Assembly (NCBI RefSeq): GCF_963676685.1 | Contig: NC_092348.1 | Coordinates: forward strand, 96,534,001-96,598,000 | Length of the DNA stretch: 64,000 bases | Origin: Mytilus edulis | Lineage: Eukaryota | Direction: 5' to 3' | Shown: positions 52,801 to 64,000 of the stretch, piece by piece | How positions within the stretch are numbered: position 1 is the first letter of the stretch | How the letters are laid out: each line of letters starts with the position of its first letter | Notes under the pieces: model-generated | What the model was told of the DNA's origin: nothing | The model's input: only the letters and a program-made list of their open reading frames with translations | Database searches by the model: none | Position numbers and translations under genes: made by a program

Positions 52801-54862
52801 CTGAAGTTTAATTTTAACTACAATATCAAATATAACATGTATAATGATGTGGGAGTCGGGGGACATCATCATAATGACAGAACATGCAGGGCTAGTCTAG
52901 GAATTAGAAGGAGAAATCGAATTTATTTATCAGCAAAAACCTAAAATTATTGAGTCAGTTAAAAATGAAACAAAGATTTTAGTAATGTTTTAACATCAAA
53001 GATTACTATGAAATAAGGTTCTGTTTCCTTCGGATGAAGTTGACCATACCTGAATTTGGCTTTTATTTTGTGTCCCACTAGATCTGTACCACTGCTGATG
53101 GACTATTAGCCTCAAAGGGTATCATCAGCTCAGTAGTCAGAGCTTCGGTCATTACATGGTTTATAACACAAATTCTCAAATTCCTCGTTGAGAAATCATA
53201 ACATTAATAGAAGCTATATGGCCAACTTAACTTCCGATTGCCTCAGTCAAAATTTACCTAAGACAAATTTGGTTATTCTTTTTCATGTTTGTTTTTGGTT
53301 ATACAGCTACTTACGTTCATTCCTGGATTACAAATGGTTATGTTTCAACGTTCCTAATGAGGTTTATGCTAAGTATGTCAAAGGGAAATTTGAAGTAGCA
53401 TTGAAAAAGATGGTATATTGAAAAAAGACAGAAATTTTACTTAAAATTTGCAATAGACAAACTATACGATCCAACATAGGTTTTTTTTTTGTTAAATGAA
53501 TATTACACATTACCAAATCGTTTTTTTTAATTTATTTTCAAAAACGCTAAAACCCTTACTTTTAAAAGCAAGGACATATACGTACTCGAGTTCATGTAAC
53601 AATCTTCCGACACGAGGAATCGTATATGAATATAAGTCTTCCATTTACTGAAGTCACTGACATTGGAATGGCGGCAGAAATTAGCAAAACAAAAAGCAAT
53701 GCATGGACTACGAGTCTGAAGTTTTAACTTAACCCGATTACAATCTGACGAGGCTATGTATTTATGCATCTTTTTATTTGAGTTTAGCAGCCTTGTTTCA
53801 AACTTATCAATACATTGTTTTATTTTGATTTTCAAAACTGATTTTTTTATGAAGTATACTAGAAATGACCAGCACGTTGGTATATGTATGTACTTGTTAA
53901 ACAGTTGTCAGTCTCTGGGACTACTTATCTGTGTAAACCGCATTCTTTTGCATAGCCGATATCCACATTATCCAATTTAATTATTGTTTCTCGAAAACGT
54001 CGCAATTTTTTGTAACTGAATATACATTGACTTAAAAACAAAACTTTCAAGAACCGGAAATAGTAGACAGTAACGCAGTGATATTACCTTGCCTTGGTCA
54101 TCTGCGAATTTTATCATAGAATACCTCGCGTATCAACATATTATCAAATACAGAATACTTGATTGTTGCGCCAATGTGCCCAGCGATTTGTAAAGGAGGA
54201 ATACAAGTGTGTGCGTGTAGTAAGGATTTGAATTGTAGAATTGTTGTTTCAGACGAACAGATGGAAGAAAAGATTATTAGCATATCAGCCACGGCGGGGT
54301 ACCATACAATGACATGTTACTACTTTTACGGCAATTCGAACCCATGTAAAGTATTTCAAATCATTTCATACTCTTAATATAAAGATTGTGTGATTTCATG
54401 CGACGCTTCCCTTTCCGACCCATCTGATCTGTATTCGTTTGGAGTTAATGCGCTTCCTATTTCTTTTTTGTCGTCAAGGTAAATGGCAATCGTACCCTTT
54501 TTAACATCGGTACACCACTGTTGTCGTTTTTTTTATAAACTTCCAACTGTTTCTGTCAAAAATCTATGACTCGACGTACAGATGACATTCAAATAGTTAT
54601 AATATAGGTGTTCAAACCAAAACCAATCATTTAGACAACACGATCCTGTTTGTGAAGAGGACTTACATAGGCTTTGCCTGTTGCCCAATCCAATTCAATT
54701 TATATGAATAAAATACTGTTTAAACTAAACGATCCCGTTTATTCATGTGACGTCAATGTCAATGTAATTCATATAAAGACCCATAAACCATATGATTAAC
54801 TCTGTTGTAAGTATAATGTTTGTCCAAACGTTATTCTTAATCATGTGTTCAACTTTTAACAG

Positions 54863-55479
54863 ATGAACAAACCAGTCCTGGATTGACGCATTCTACTCAG
54901 TCTGATTACGTCACAACAACTGTTCATTACGTCACGACTCTGTCTGTGAACGACTCGACTACTCAGTCTGTGGACGACCAAGCTACATACCAGGAAATGT
55001 CATCGTCTAACGAGAAAGTCGAGATGGCTGTTGGAATATCCATTGGCTGTGTTGTCCTTCTGATAATTGTTCTGTACATTGTTATTTTGGTGTTCAAACG
55101 AAAGAAAAGTCATGACCAAAACCTTTTTGATAATCTTTCACAACCTGAATCGCATACCCAATCTTTGGTGCCATCTATTATATCTGTAGATCAGTTCGGA
55201 AATGATTATGATGTTAACTTTAATTCTAAATTGTTCTCTGGAATGTTGGAGAGTTCTAATCCTACCTATCAGGTGGAAGTTTGCAATAATGAAATGAGAA
55301 CATCTTCTGAACATGAACAAATGGCAAGTTCTGAATTAATTCTTTCGCCGGAATCTCTGTGTAAGTCTGCAGATAAAACATCCTCTTATTCCAACGAAGC
55401 AGATACAAGTGTTCGCCAGTCTGATCCTGATAGTAGTTCTAATTCTGGAGACGAAATAACATTTGTACTCAAAATGTAA
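54863..55479 (+). CDS. Phase-1 terminal exon: Ser/Thr stalk, single TM, Ser-rich tail with NPxY (gene B isoform or a separate decayed gene)
   Basis: Acceptor TTTTAACAG at 54862; open to TAA at 55479; TM MAVGISIGCVVLLIIVLYIVILVF then KRKK; SSNPTYQV; AATAAA at ~55547. Confidence 0.75.
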
Positions 55480-57453
55480 ATGCTATAGAAAAAAAAGGAT
55501 TTGTTGTGCAGATTGTTGTTGTAATTGAAAAACGAGAATTTTTACAAATAAAATGTATAGAATATGTTAAGTAAACTTTTTAATGTACCCTAGCCGATAT
55601 ACATGAATCCAAAATTTTACATTAAATGAATGCTTGGTATGGGCTTTGTTAATTGTTGAAGGCCGTACGGTGACCTATAGTTGTTAATGTATGTGTCATT
55701 TTGGTCTCTTGTGGACAGTTGTCTCATTGGCAATCATACCACACCTTCTTTTTTTATATTTAGTGTTTGTTTTATTCTCCAAGGACCCAATTGGTAAATT
55801 CACTATACAAGGTCCTGGCATATACATGGAAATAATATACCGATAATCACAGAATATGTACAAGAGAAAAATGACGGATTACTTTGTAAAGAACGAAGAG
55901 TTCCTAACTTTCCGGAGTTCATCTCCAGATTTGGTTAACTATAGTTTTCTACGAAGTGTAATTGCCACAGTTATGATATCTTTTAGGAACGACATCAAAA
56001 GATCAATGAAGGATAAAAAACTTTATTCGAATAGTTTGGGATGGGGGGGGGGGGGGGGGGGGGTAAAAATTGCTGCAAGTTTTGTTTACTTGATATCGAT
56101 AACATATATCCCTATTGGTCAATCAATTTTCCCCAAATTAAGTTAAGAGGGGGGAGGTCAGTGAAAAACAACGTGATTTTTTTTTTTTATCTAAAATTGA
56201 ACTTTTTATGTCGTCCCTAATAGCATTGTGTTTTCGTTCATGATATTGTATATCTTCGACTTTTTTAATACCACTAGTATCGCTTTGCTATTTCACCGTA
56301 GAATTTTTTTAAGATACTAATTGTAGATGATATTTATCAAAGACTAATATTTCTGGCTAATATCCAGTGTGACACCATTCTGACTTGTCAATTGATATGT
56401 ATTGATAACTTGCCAGTGTTTCATCAATATTGTCAGGTTGCATCTGGTTGCCATTTAGTAAGAATCCCATCCGGGTTTCAAAACATTTGTATTTAAAAAT
56501 AAAAGGAAACTTAGAATAAAGTCTACACTGTTATAAGTATACCGGTGATGGTGTTCAGTAATATCGTTTGATATTATTGAGATGAAACAAACCACAATTT
56601 TTTATAAGTTATATTTTGAAGCAGGACTAAACTTGTTCCTATTGTGTTTGTCATTGAAATTATATTCCCTTTGGGGATCGTGTGTGATTTCCTCAACTGT
56701 TGGGGACCTAGCTTATAGAAAATAAATGTTGGACTCAAACAAAGAACATAAATCAAATGTACATCGAGTCTTGAAATGTACGGGAAAAAACTTAACATCA
56801 ACACTAAGCTCGTTAAAACACATAAAATATACACACAAAAGACCGACAAACCATAGAGGAGGTTCCAGATAAAGTGCTGTCATATTATAAATAGATACCC
56901 AGTAATGTTTATACGTATAACAGTTGTGCAGAATTATGCTTTTTTTACGCGAATTTTCCATTTCTGCAAAACTTTGGCTATACTTTTTGTTCATTTTTGG
57001 TTTATACGTTTTGAATTTTCTAATATTTTAGCCTTGAGCATCAATGCAGACATTTATTTTCGCAATTCTCATCTGGCACAGAAAATTGGTACCGTCATGA
57101 TGTTATACATTTGTACCTTCATCTCCTTTTGCGTATACACATTACAGCAGGTCAATCTGAACACTGACCTATGTCCAGTATACAAACCTCCTCAATGGTT
57201 ATGTTAGCGTTAACTGGTACCATTATGTCTACATTTTATTATTGAACTGTTGTGATCACCAATAAGACTGTCGTTCTCAAGTGAATTTTTAATTATGAAT
57301 TTAACGATTAACAAAAATTTGAATTTTTGAAACACTAAGGCTTTTCTACCTCAGGAATAGATTACCTTAGCTATGTTTGGCAAAACTTTTAGGAATATTT
57401 GATCCTCAATGCTCGTCGACTTCGTACTCTATTTGCCCTTTTCAACACTGTTA

Positions 57454-57497
57454 GTGTCACTGATGAGTCTTGTGTAGACGGAACGTGTGTCTGGCGT
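57454..57497 (+). ncRNA. Hammerhead, family 1, core GAAA mutated to GGAA (probably inactive), in repeat ~57290-57540
   Basis: GUGUCA CUGAUGA GUCU-UGUGU-AGAC GGAA C-GUGU-G UC UGGCGU. Confidence 0.7.
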
Positions 57498-59112
57498 AAA
57501 TATAAAATTTCAATCCTGGTATCTATGATGAGTTAATTTTCACTCTTTCGAAAATATATGCATAACATTGAGATATATATTTTTTTGCACCAAAAGTGCA
57601 TTTCGACAAAAAATGTATTCTTCAGTGATGTTCGAGTGCAAAATATATTAAAATCCAAACATTCATCTTAGTGCCTCATGCTCTGTAACGCAATTTTGAC
57701 CACTGCCAAAGTTTACTCGTAACATATTTTGGCTAACACAAAGTTCTTGCAAAAGACACAATACATGGTTCTGTATTTATTAATCCCGTCATTGTGTTAT
57801 TGTTCTATGATAGTTTTTGTATTCTTCTCTTTCATTTTTACTAATGTGCTTTGTCTATATGCCTTTGTGTGCTTCTTTATTTACATATTTGCTTTTACCG
57901 TGATTAAGATTATAACACAATGCTGACACCTCTACCCTTATGTTTGACATTTTTACCTATTATGTCTGTTTATTTTGTTCACACATTGTTGTCAATATAA
58001 TTTAATCTAATGCGACTGTCTTACAAGTGAGAGGTTTGGCTAGCTATAAAACAGGTTTAAACTCCCATTTTCTACATAAGAAAATGCCTGTACCAAGTCG
58101 GGAATATGACAATTGTTATCAGTGTCTGAGCTTTTGATTTTGCCATTTGATTAGGGACTTTCAGTTTTAAATTTTCTTCGGAGGATTTTGATTGTATATT
58201 GTATTATGCAGTACTTTATGTTTGCTATTAAATGTTCTTATCATTCGATTTTGTATGTCCATACTCCTGTACACATAAACATTTATACAAACTGAGTGAT
58301 GGTAACATAATTTTGTTCTACTGGAGACATAATACAGAATAAGTGATGCCAGTCGTCTTTTTTCATATACCCGAGACAATGTGTATTTGACATAGATTTA
58401 GATTTGATTTACGTACACATGAACAAACCTGGTCTACGATGATTATGGTACACCCCCAAATAAAGGACCAATTCGGGTTTGTGTAAGGTAAACTGCAGTA
58501 ATGTTTTGTGTTGGTTGGTTGGATTGTGTTTTAAGCCATTACTTTCTCTTTGTTATATTATGGTGTTCCGTTGATATTGAAGCCGGAGTACCTGTTGTGA
58601 ACCAAACACTATTCATTTGATGTGTTTGAGCTTTTAATTTTGCCATATTATTACGGACTTTGCGTTTTGAATTTTCCTCGGAGTTCGGAATTTTTGTTAT
58701 ACCTAATTACACGTAGAAAAGCAATCATTTTTTCACTAAGACCGTAGTCGCAACGACCGGGGTAATCTCTCAACCTCAGTGTTGTTAATTTTGCTTGCAA
58801 TTAAGTTCAAAAATATCGTATAGTAGTAGTAAGTATTATGAAGAAAATCACAAACATACTGAACTCCGAGGAAAATTAAAACGGAAAGTTCCTAATCAAA
58901 TATCAAAAGCTCAAGCACACCAAACGAATGGATAACAACTACCAAATTCTTGTCTTGGTACAAGCATTTTCTTATGTAGAAAATGATGGATTGCACCTGG
59001 TTTAATAGCTAGTTAAACATCTCTTGTATGATAGTCGCATCATATCCCATAATATTGACAACGATTCGTGAGGATTTCTCCAGTATAGAATTCCTACTCT
59101 TGTTGTTTATAG

Positions 59113-62100
59113 CTTTGGGAAGATTGACAACAGAGGAAGCCTTTGGATATGCTGTTTTGTTTTCCTTGGTGGGCATGGTTATTGGAGGGATTTTAATACT
59201 TGTATTGTACAAGATACTATTGAATTCAGGGAAACTATCCTTGTTTGTACTAGGTTAGTATGAACATGTAATTTATGTAGGTTTCATGTGTAATCCCGTT
59301 TGAAGCGTCAATTTCATGAGATTCACATGATTCATTGATTCCAAATTTTTGTGAAATGTCTCCCTTCGTGGGACACAAATAACAACAACAAAAAGACAAG
59401 TGCCAAACAATCTTAACAAGAATAACTGAAAACAGACATCCTCAGTAAAGATATCAGACACTTATGATTAGGTACGGCAGACGTGCGTTTCGTCTACATA
59501 ATTCTCGAGTGGTGCTCGAGTTGAACCAACTAGAAGGCCAAATAAAAAACAAAGTTAAAAAGAATGAAAACAGATCTAATACTGAATTGTTGTTTTTAAG
59601 CGTTTGTTTAACACGAATGAAAGTCATCACCAATTTTTCTTGCATTATTTGCCTTAATAGTTCTCAAAGCTTATAATTTAATACGCCATACGCGCGTTTC
59701 GTCTACACCTCAGTGACGCTCATATCATAATAGTTAAAAAGTCAAACAAGTACAAAATTGAAGAGCACTCACCATTCAAACTATAATACTGTATAACTGA
59801 TGTACTTCTTCATCTTTTTAACACTTGTTTAAACATGTTTATATGGTCATGTTTAATCGTATTTTACAGAGTCTACGCACGAATCCAGTACAAAACTGAA
59901 GCTGTACATGACGTCTGCTCTTATAACAATCCTTCTCTGTTTTGTTATCGCTGGCATTGTGGTAGCACTGGATTGTGGAAATACGGAATGTTTAGGTATA
60001 AACGAAACTGATATATAATATACACGGCAGCATACATCAAGACGGCCAAAGGCTAAGTTGACCATAGATGAATTCTTGTTATGCCTGTTTTAGTAATAAT
60101 TTTTTTCACGTTTTTATGTTCCTTTACTTGTATATTCATAGTTTTCAATGTAAAGCTTTTGGGCTTTTCAAATGTAGATATACCCAGAATAGACTTTGGC
60201 AAGCAACTAAAATATAGTTTAATTTTCATCTATAGGTTATATACAATTTTCAACAGTAAAAGTTTCCATCAAATATTTCACGTTGCAAATAAGTTAAAAT
60301 ACAAACGACTCTTCTATATCATTACGCTAAGTTCATACAAAACAAGGAAATTGTATTTTTTTTTGTCCTAAGCATACAAAATGCAGAATTGTCAAAGAGT
60401 ATATCCCTATCAGCAGAATGTTTGTTTCCATTTTGTCAAAATAGGGGTTTTTTTTTTAATCTAAATTGAATGCTTATTTTTGTTGTTTCTCTTTTTGGTG
60501 TGTAATCCGGATTTGTTTTTTTCTCGATCAATTTCATACTTTTGAACATCAGTATTCTACTGTTGCCTTTTATTTATGTATTATTGGCTTTCAATAATTC
60601 AACCTCATTTGAATCTATATTCATGCGACCTTCAACTTGAACTTAGCTGGAGATGGGATGTTTATGTGCTAATCAAAGTTACATGAGTTATCATTGATAT
60701 GGTTATATTTTTAAATTAACTGTTTACAAAATTTAGAATTTTTGAAAAACTAAGGCTTTTCTACCTCAGACATAGATTACCTTAGCTGTATTTGGCAAAA
60801 CTTTTAGGAATTTTGGTCCTTAATGCTCTTCAACTTTGTACTTTATTTGGCCTTTTCAACTTTTTTGGGTTCGAGCGTCACTGATGAGTGTTTTGTAGAC
60901 GAAACGCGCGTCTGGCGTATATACAAAATTTAGTCCTAATATCTATGATGAGTTTATTTACCAGGATTATAACAGGATTATTATATAAGGGATAAGAAAA
61001 TTCCTAGTTTTTCGTGATTAGTAATTATGAAATAATTAAATAAATGACTACATTGACAAAGAAAGAACAAGGAGCTACAGGGCAGAGTTTAAAATAAAAT
61101 ATGAGAACTTTAGTCAAATCAGTGATCCTGAATTTGACAGGTAATGTCCCTTGAAAGGTGCATTATCTGTAGGAGTAATGTTCAATGATGTACCCCTAAT
61201 TCTCATTTCTGATTTTACTGAAAAGTATATAAAAAATAAACAAAAGTCACAAAGTAACAATTGACAACATATATGTATTCTATACTTGACGCCATCTAAT
61301 TTTGAGATGACTTCCGCAGACTTTCGAGGGTCTGAGCAATATCGTTTTACTAGAAAGATGAACTTGTGTCATTTCAGAAGTAACTATTGGAAGATCTGTA
61401 GCATTTATAGTACCTGGAACCTTGTTACAGTTACTGAGTGTGTGTATGGTAGTTTATATGTTTGTAAGATGTTTCAGTAGAGATAAACGTAAGTAATTTA
61501 GTTAGTGAGTGTCTAGAGGTTTTGTGTGAGATCAAGTTAACAGTCGTACAAATACTCCGTTTAATTATTTTTATGAAATGGTGAAGTTAAAATATAAGTT
61601 GTTATTTCCCCAACATTCCAAGGTTTGTATTTCATATCATGATATTCTTGAAGCCATTAAACCAAGAGTTCCAAAAGGTGAAGTTGAAGTAATCCCTTTT
61701 TAAATTTTACGGATGAAATCATAATCAGGTTGACCGTTATTGAATATCTGATTCACAGATGATAACAGATATGTTCATAGTGTCGTTACTACAATTTTAT
61801 ACACTTTCCCGATCTACCGAATTACAATTGTTACCTGGTTTGTAATGATATAAGTACCACGACGGGTGCCACATGTGGAGCAGGATCTACTCACCCTTCC
61901 TGAGCACATGAGATCATCCCAAGTGGTGGGGATCGTATTGCTTATATTTTTTTTCTATGTTGTGTCTTTTGTGTAATTTTTTTTTGTCTTATGATCTTTT
62001 TTCTTTTCTGATCATGGCATTGTCTGTTTATTTACTACTTAATAGTTTGAATGTCCCTTTGGAATCTTTCATTTCTCTTTTAGAATAAAGGGGATGGTAC

Positions 62101-64000
62101 CTTTAGCATATTTCAAATAAAAGAATAATACCTTCCTCTTAAACTAAGTCATTTTAAAAAAGAAACGGTAAATCTCTTGTAGATTGAGGTATCATTTTTT
62201 GAATGACCTTATGATATGTTTCTCGCAAACAAACATAGTTATCATGTCAGAAAGGAAAGTGAAATAGTTTTCTTTCAGTTCTGCAATCATTGTTTTTAAT
62301 ATGAATACTGTTGGCACAACTTTTTAAAATTTCGGGTCCTCAATGCTCTTCAACTTTGTACTTGTTTGGCTATTTAACTATTTTGATCTGATCGTCGCTG
62401 ATGAGGCTTACGTAGACGAAACGCGCGTCCGGCGTAGTAAATTATAATCCTGGTATCTCTGATAACTAATTAAATACAGTAAAAATTTATGAGGTATTCC
62501 AAACAGCACTACAGAGGATGTTAATATTATATTTATTTCAGGTGGAGTAAAACGAATGGAGGAGTAAGTATGACTTAAGATAAAATTTCCATTCAAACAT
62601 TACATCAAGTATTCAAGATCATGGAATTTAACTACTCAAGTGATCATAATTGGTATTCAGATTCTGTCCAAATTAGTGATTACGACTTATTTTTGCAATA
62701 GAATGACAACATATAGAACAAAATGATCCATTTTTGTTAAACATGCCTTTTTAAGCAGATAAGGAAATATCAGCTTTCAGTATGCGAGATCAATTCTTGT
62801 TATTGTTATCAATGCATTGATAATTCTCTCGATAAACTTTTCTCTGTTAATTTGAATGACGATATTTTATTCGTACATATAGTTTATTTATGTAGCAATG
62901 TATTTACAGAGATCACGTGGACAATATTTCTCACTATGGTAGAAGATCGGTAACCATAACACCGTCAGCTATTGATGTGTAAGCACTTTACAATCTTATT
63001 CTGAGCTTAGTTTTGTATCTAACAATCCATGTTAGTTGATATGAGCAGAAAGGGATTGGCTGATGTTGGGTGCATGTGTCTAAGAAACAGCAAAATACTA
63101 ACAAAAGACACATGAGACATGTAGATATGTTTTTACGATTTGCACAGAAAGCAGAAAGATAAGATTATATGTCTATCACGTGATATAATGACTTTGATGG
63201 TAAATAAGGGGTGTTAATTTGTAATTCAGACTTGGCTAGGACAGTAGAAGGTTCTATAAAAATAATAAGATACATTCAGATTTTTTGCTCGTCTGAAAAT
63301 ATTTTAAATTTTTTTCGGTGATCTTCGCTAGGTAGCTATTTTTATTTTGTCTAATTTGATTTTTATATTTTTGCAGTGATAATGTTGGAAATTACCATAA
63401 CAATCAGGTTTACAAACAGAGTGAGAACTTTGTCAGCTCTAACGATTCCAAAACTCGTACTTTTGAAACATCTCGACAGAATGCCGGAAGAACATTAAGT
63501 GAAAAATCTGAAGACAGTTTGAATCTACATTCCGACCGCGGATTCGTTAACAAGTCTTCAAGAACGAATACACAGCTTCCAAGGTCATCACACAAGGTCA
63601 GGGATAACAGCGAATCTGAAGTCAGTATTGATCTCAAATCTGACAGATCTGTCAGTAAGTTACAAAAAGATGAACATCGAAAGCTAGAACCGTTAATAAG
63701 CACGCCTTTAAAAGAAACTGGTTTGAACAGAAAACAAGGTGATAGCGGGTATAATTCGAAGAACCCTGGCAGCATCTCAAGTGTTGAAAACAAAGATGCT
63801 GTTTTATTAAGTGGCAAAAGTAGCACAATGACACCTGCAAACCAGCCATCGGATAAACAAGAAGTTTATAGTGACAGCAGTTCCAATTCGAGTGACGAAT
63901 CAATCAAAGATGGTGGCTTAAGCCCGGATATATATAGAACAGATCATACACGGAGCGGATCTAGACCAGAAGTGATTCGAAATACGTCAACGCCCGCTAC
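59113..64000 (+). CDS. Three-TM plus long cytoplasmic tail exons (probable 3' part of gene B), partial: 59113-59253, 59870-59995, 61378-61488, 62542-62563, 63377->64000
   Basis: Phases 1,1,1,1,2 chain with no stop: ..AFGYAVLFSLVGMVIGGILILVLY.. | ..LYMTSALITILLCFVIAGIVVALDCGNTECL | EVTIGRSVAFIVPGTLLQLLSVCMVVYMFVRCFSRDK | RGVKRMED | DNVGNYHNNQVYKQ... The last exon is open for 624 nt to the window end. The TM1 donor choice (59253) is less certain. Confidence 0.75.
60875..60918 (+). ncRNA. Type I hammerhead ribozyme, family 1, intact core, in a ~270-bp retrozyme/PLE-like repeat (~60690-60960)
   Basis: GCGUCA CUGAUGA GUGU-UUUGU-AGAC GAAA C-GCGC-G UC^ UGGCGU; one stem II mismatch; cleavage predicted after 60912. 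Confidence 0.8.
62393..62434 (+). ncRNA. Type I hammerhead ribozyme, family 1, intact core, in repeat ~62310-62470
   Basis: CGUCG CUGAUGA GGCU-UACGU-AGAC GAAA C-GCGC-G UC^ CGGCG; compensatory G-C for A-U in stem I; one stem II mismatch; cleavage predicted after 62429. Confidence 0.8.

Noticed and set aside
53089-53160. Minus-strand CTGATGA with a hairpin as a third hammerhead family
   Set aside because: GAAA is absent and stems are poor; at best a decayed relic.
63410-63903. Minus-strand 138-aa and 83-aa ORFs
   Set aside because: Shadow of the + strand exon 63377->64000, which has a proper acceptor and matching phase.

Overview
AT-rich eukaryotic genomic DNA with GT-AG introns. The repeat families (Helentron-associated HINEs, Penelope-type fragments, type I hammerhead elements) point to a bivalve mollusc, probably a Mytilus mussel (inference). 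The ORF track misses most of the real structure, so the genes were rebuilt by hand from splice sites and reading phase. (1) LRR receptor gene, + strand, 14857-23847, ~287 aa: signal, LRRNT, three 72-nt single-LRR exons, LRRCT, Thr stalk, TM, short acidic tail. The last exon of a tandem paralogue sits at 1-66. (2) Gene A, - strand, 45424-27711, ~630 aa: five Ig domains, TM, tyrosine/ITIM tail. (3) Gene B, + strand from 45787, head-to-head with gene A (362 nt between the ATGs): Ig ectodomain exons, then an in-phase single-TM/NPxY terminal exon, and further on three in-phase TM exons and a long Ser-rich tail running off the window. The join between ectodomain and TM exons is inferred. Positions 1-5305 duplicate 23791-28826 and carry orphan copies of gene A's tail exons. 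Transposons are heavily nested (Kolobok-like, Academ remnant, HINEs, MITEs), and about ten hammerhead ribozyme copies of two covarying families are present. Best leads: the head-to-head ITIM-IgSF / Ig-multipass pair; two sense-strand, potentially dimer-forming hammerheads flanking one TM exon; two independent tandem amplifications of exon end plus splice donor; and a frame-switching 31-nt cassette exon ahead of the ITIM tail.
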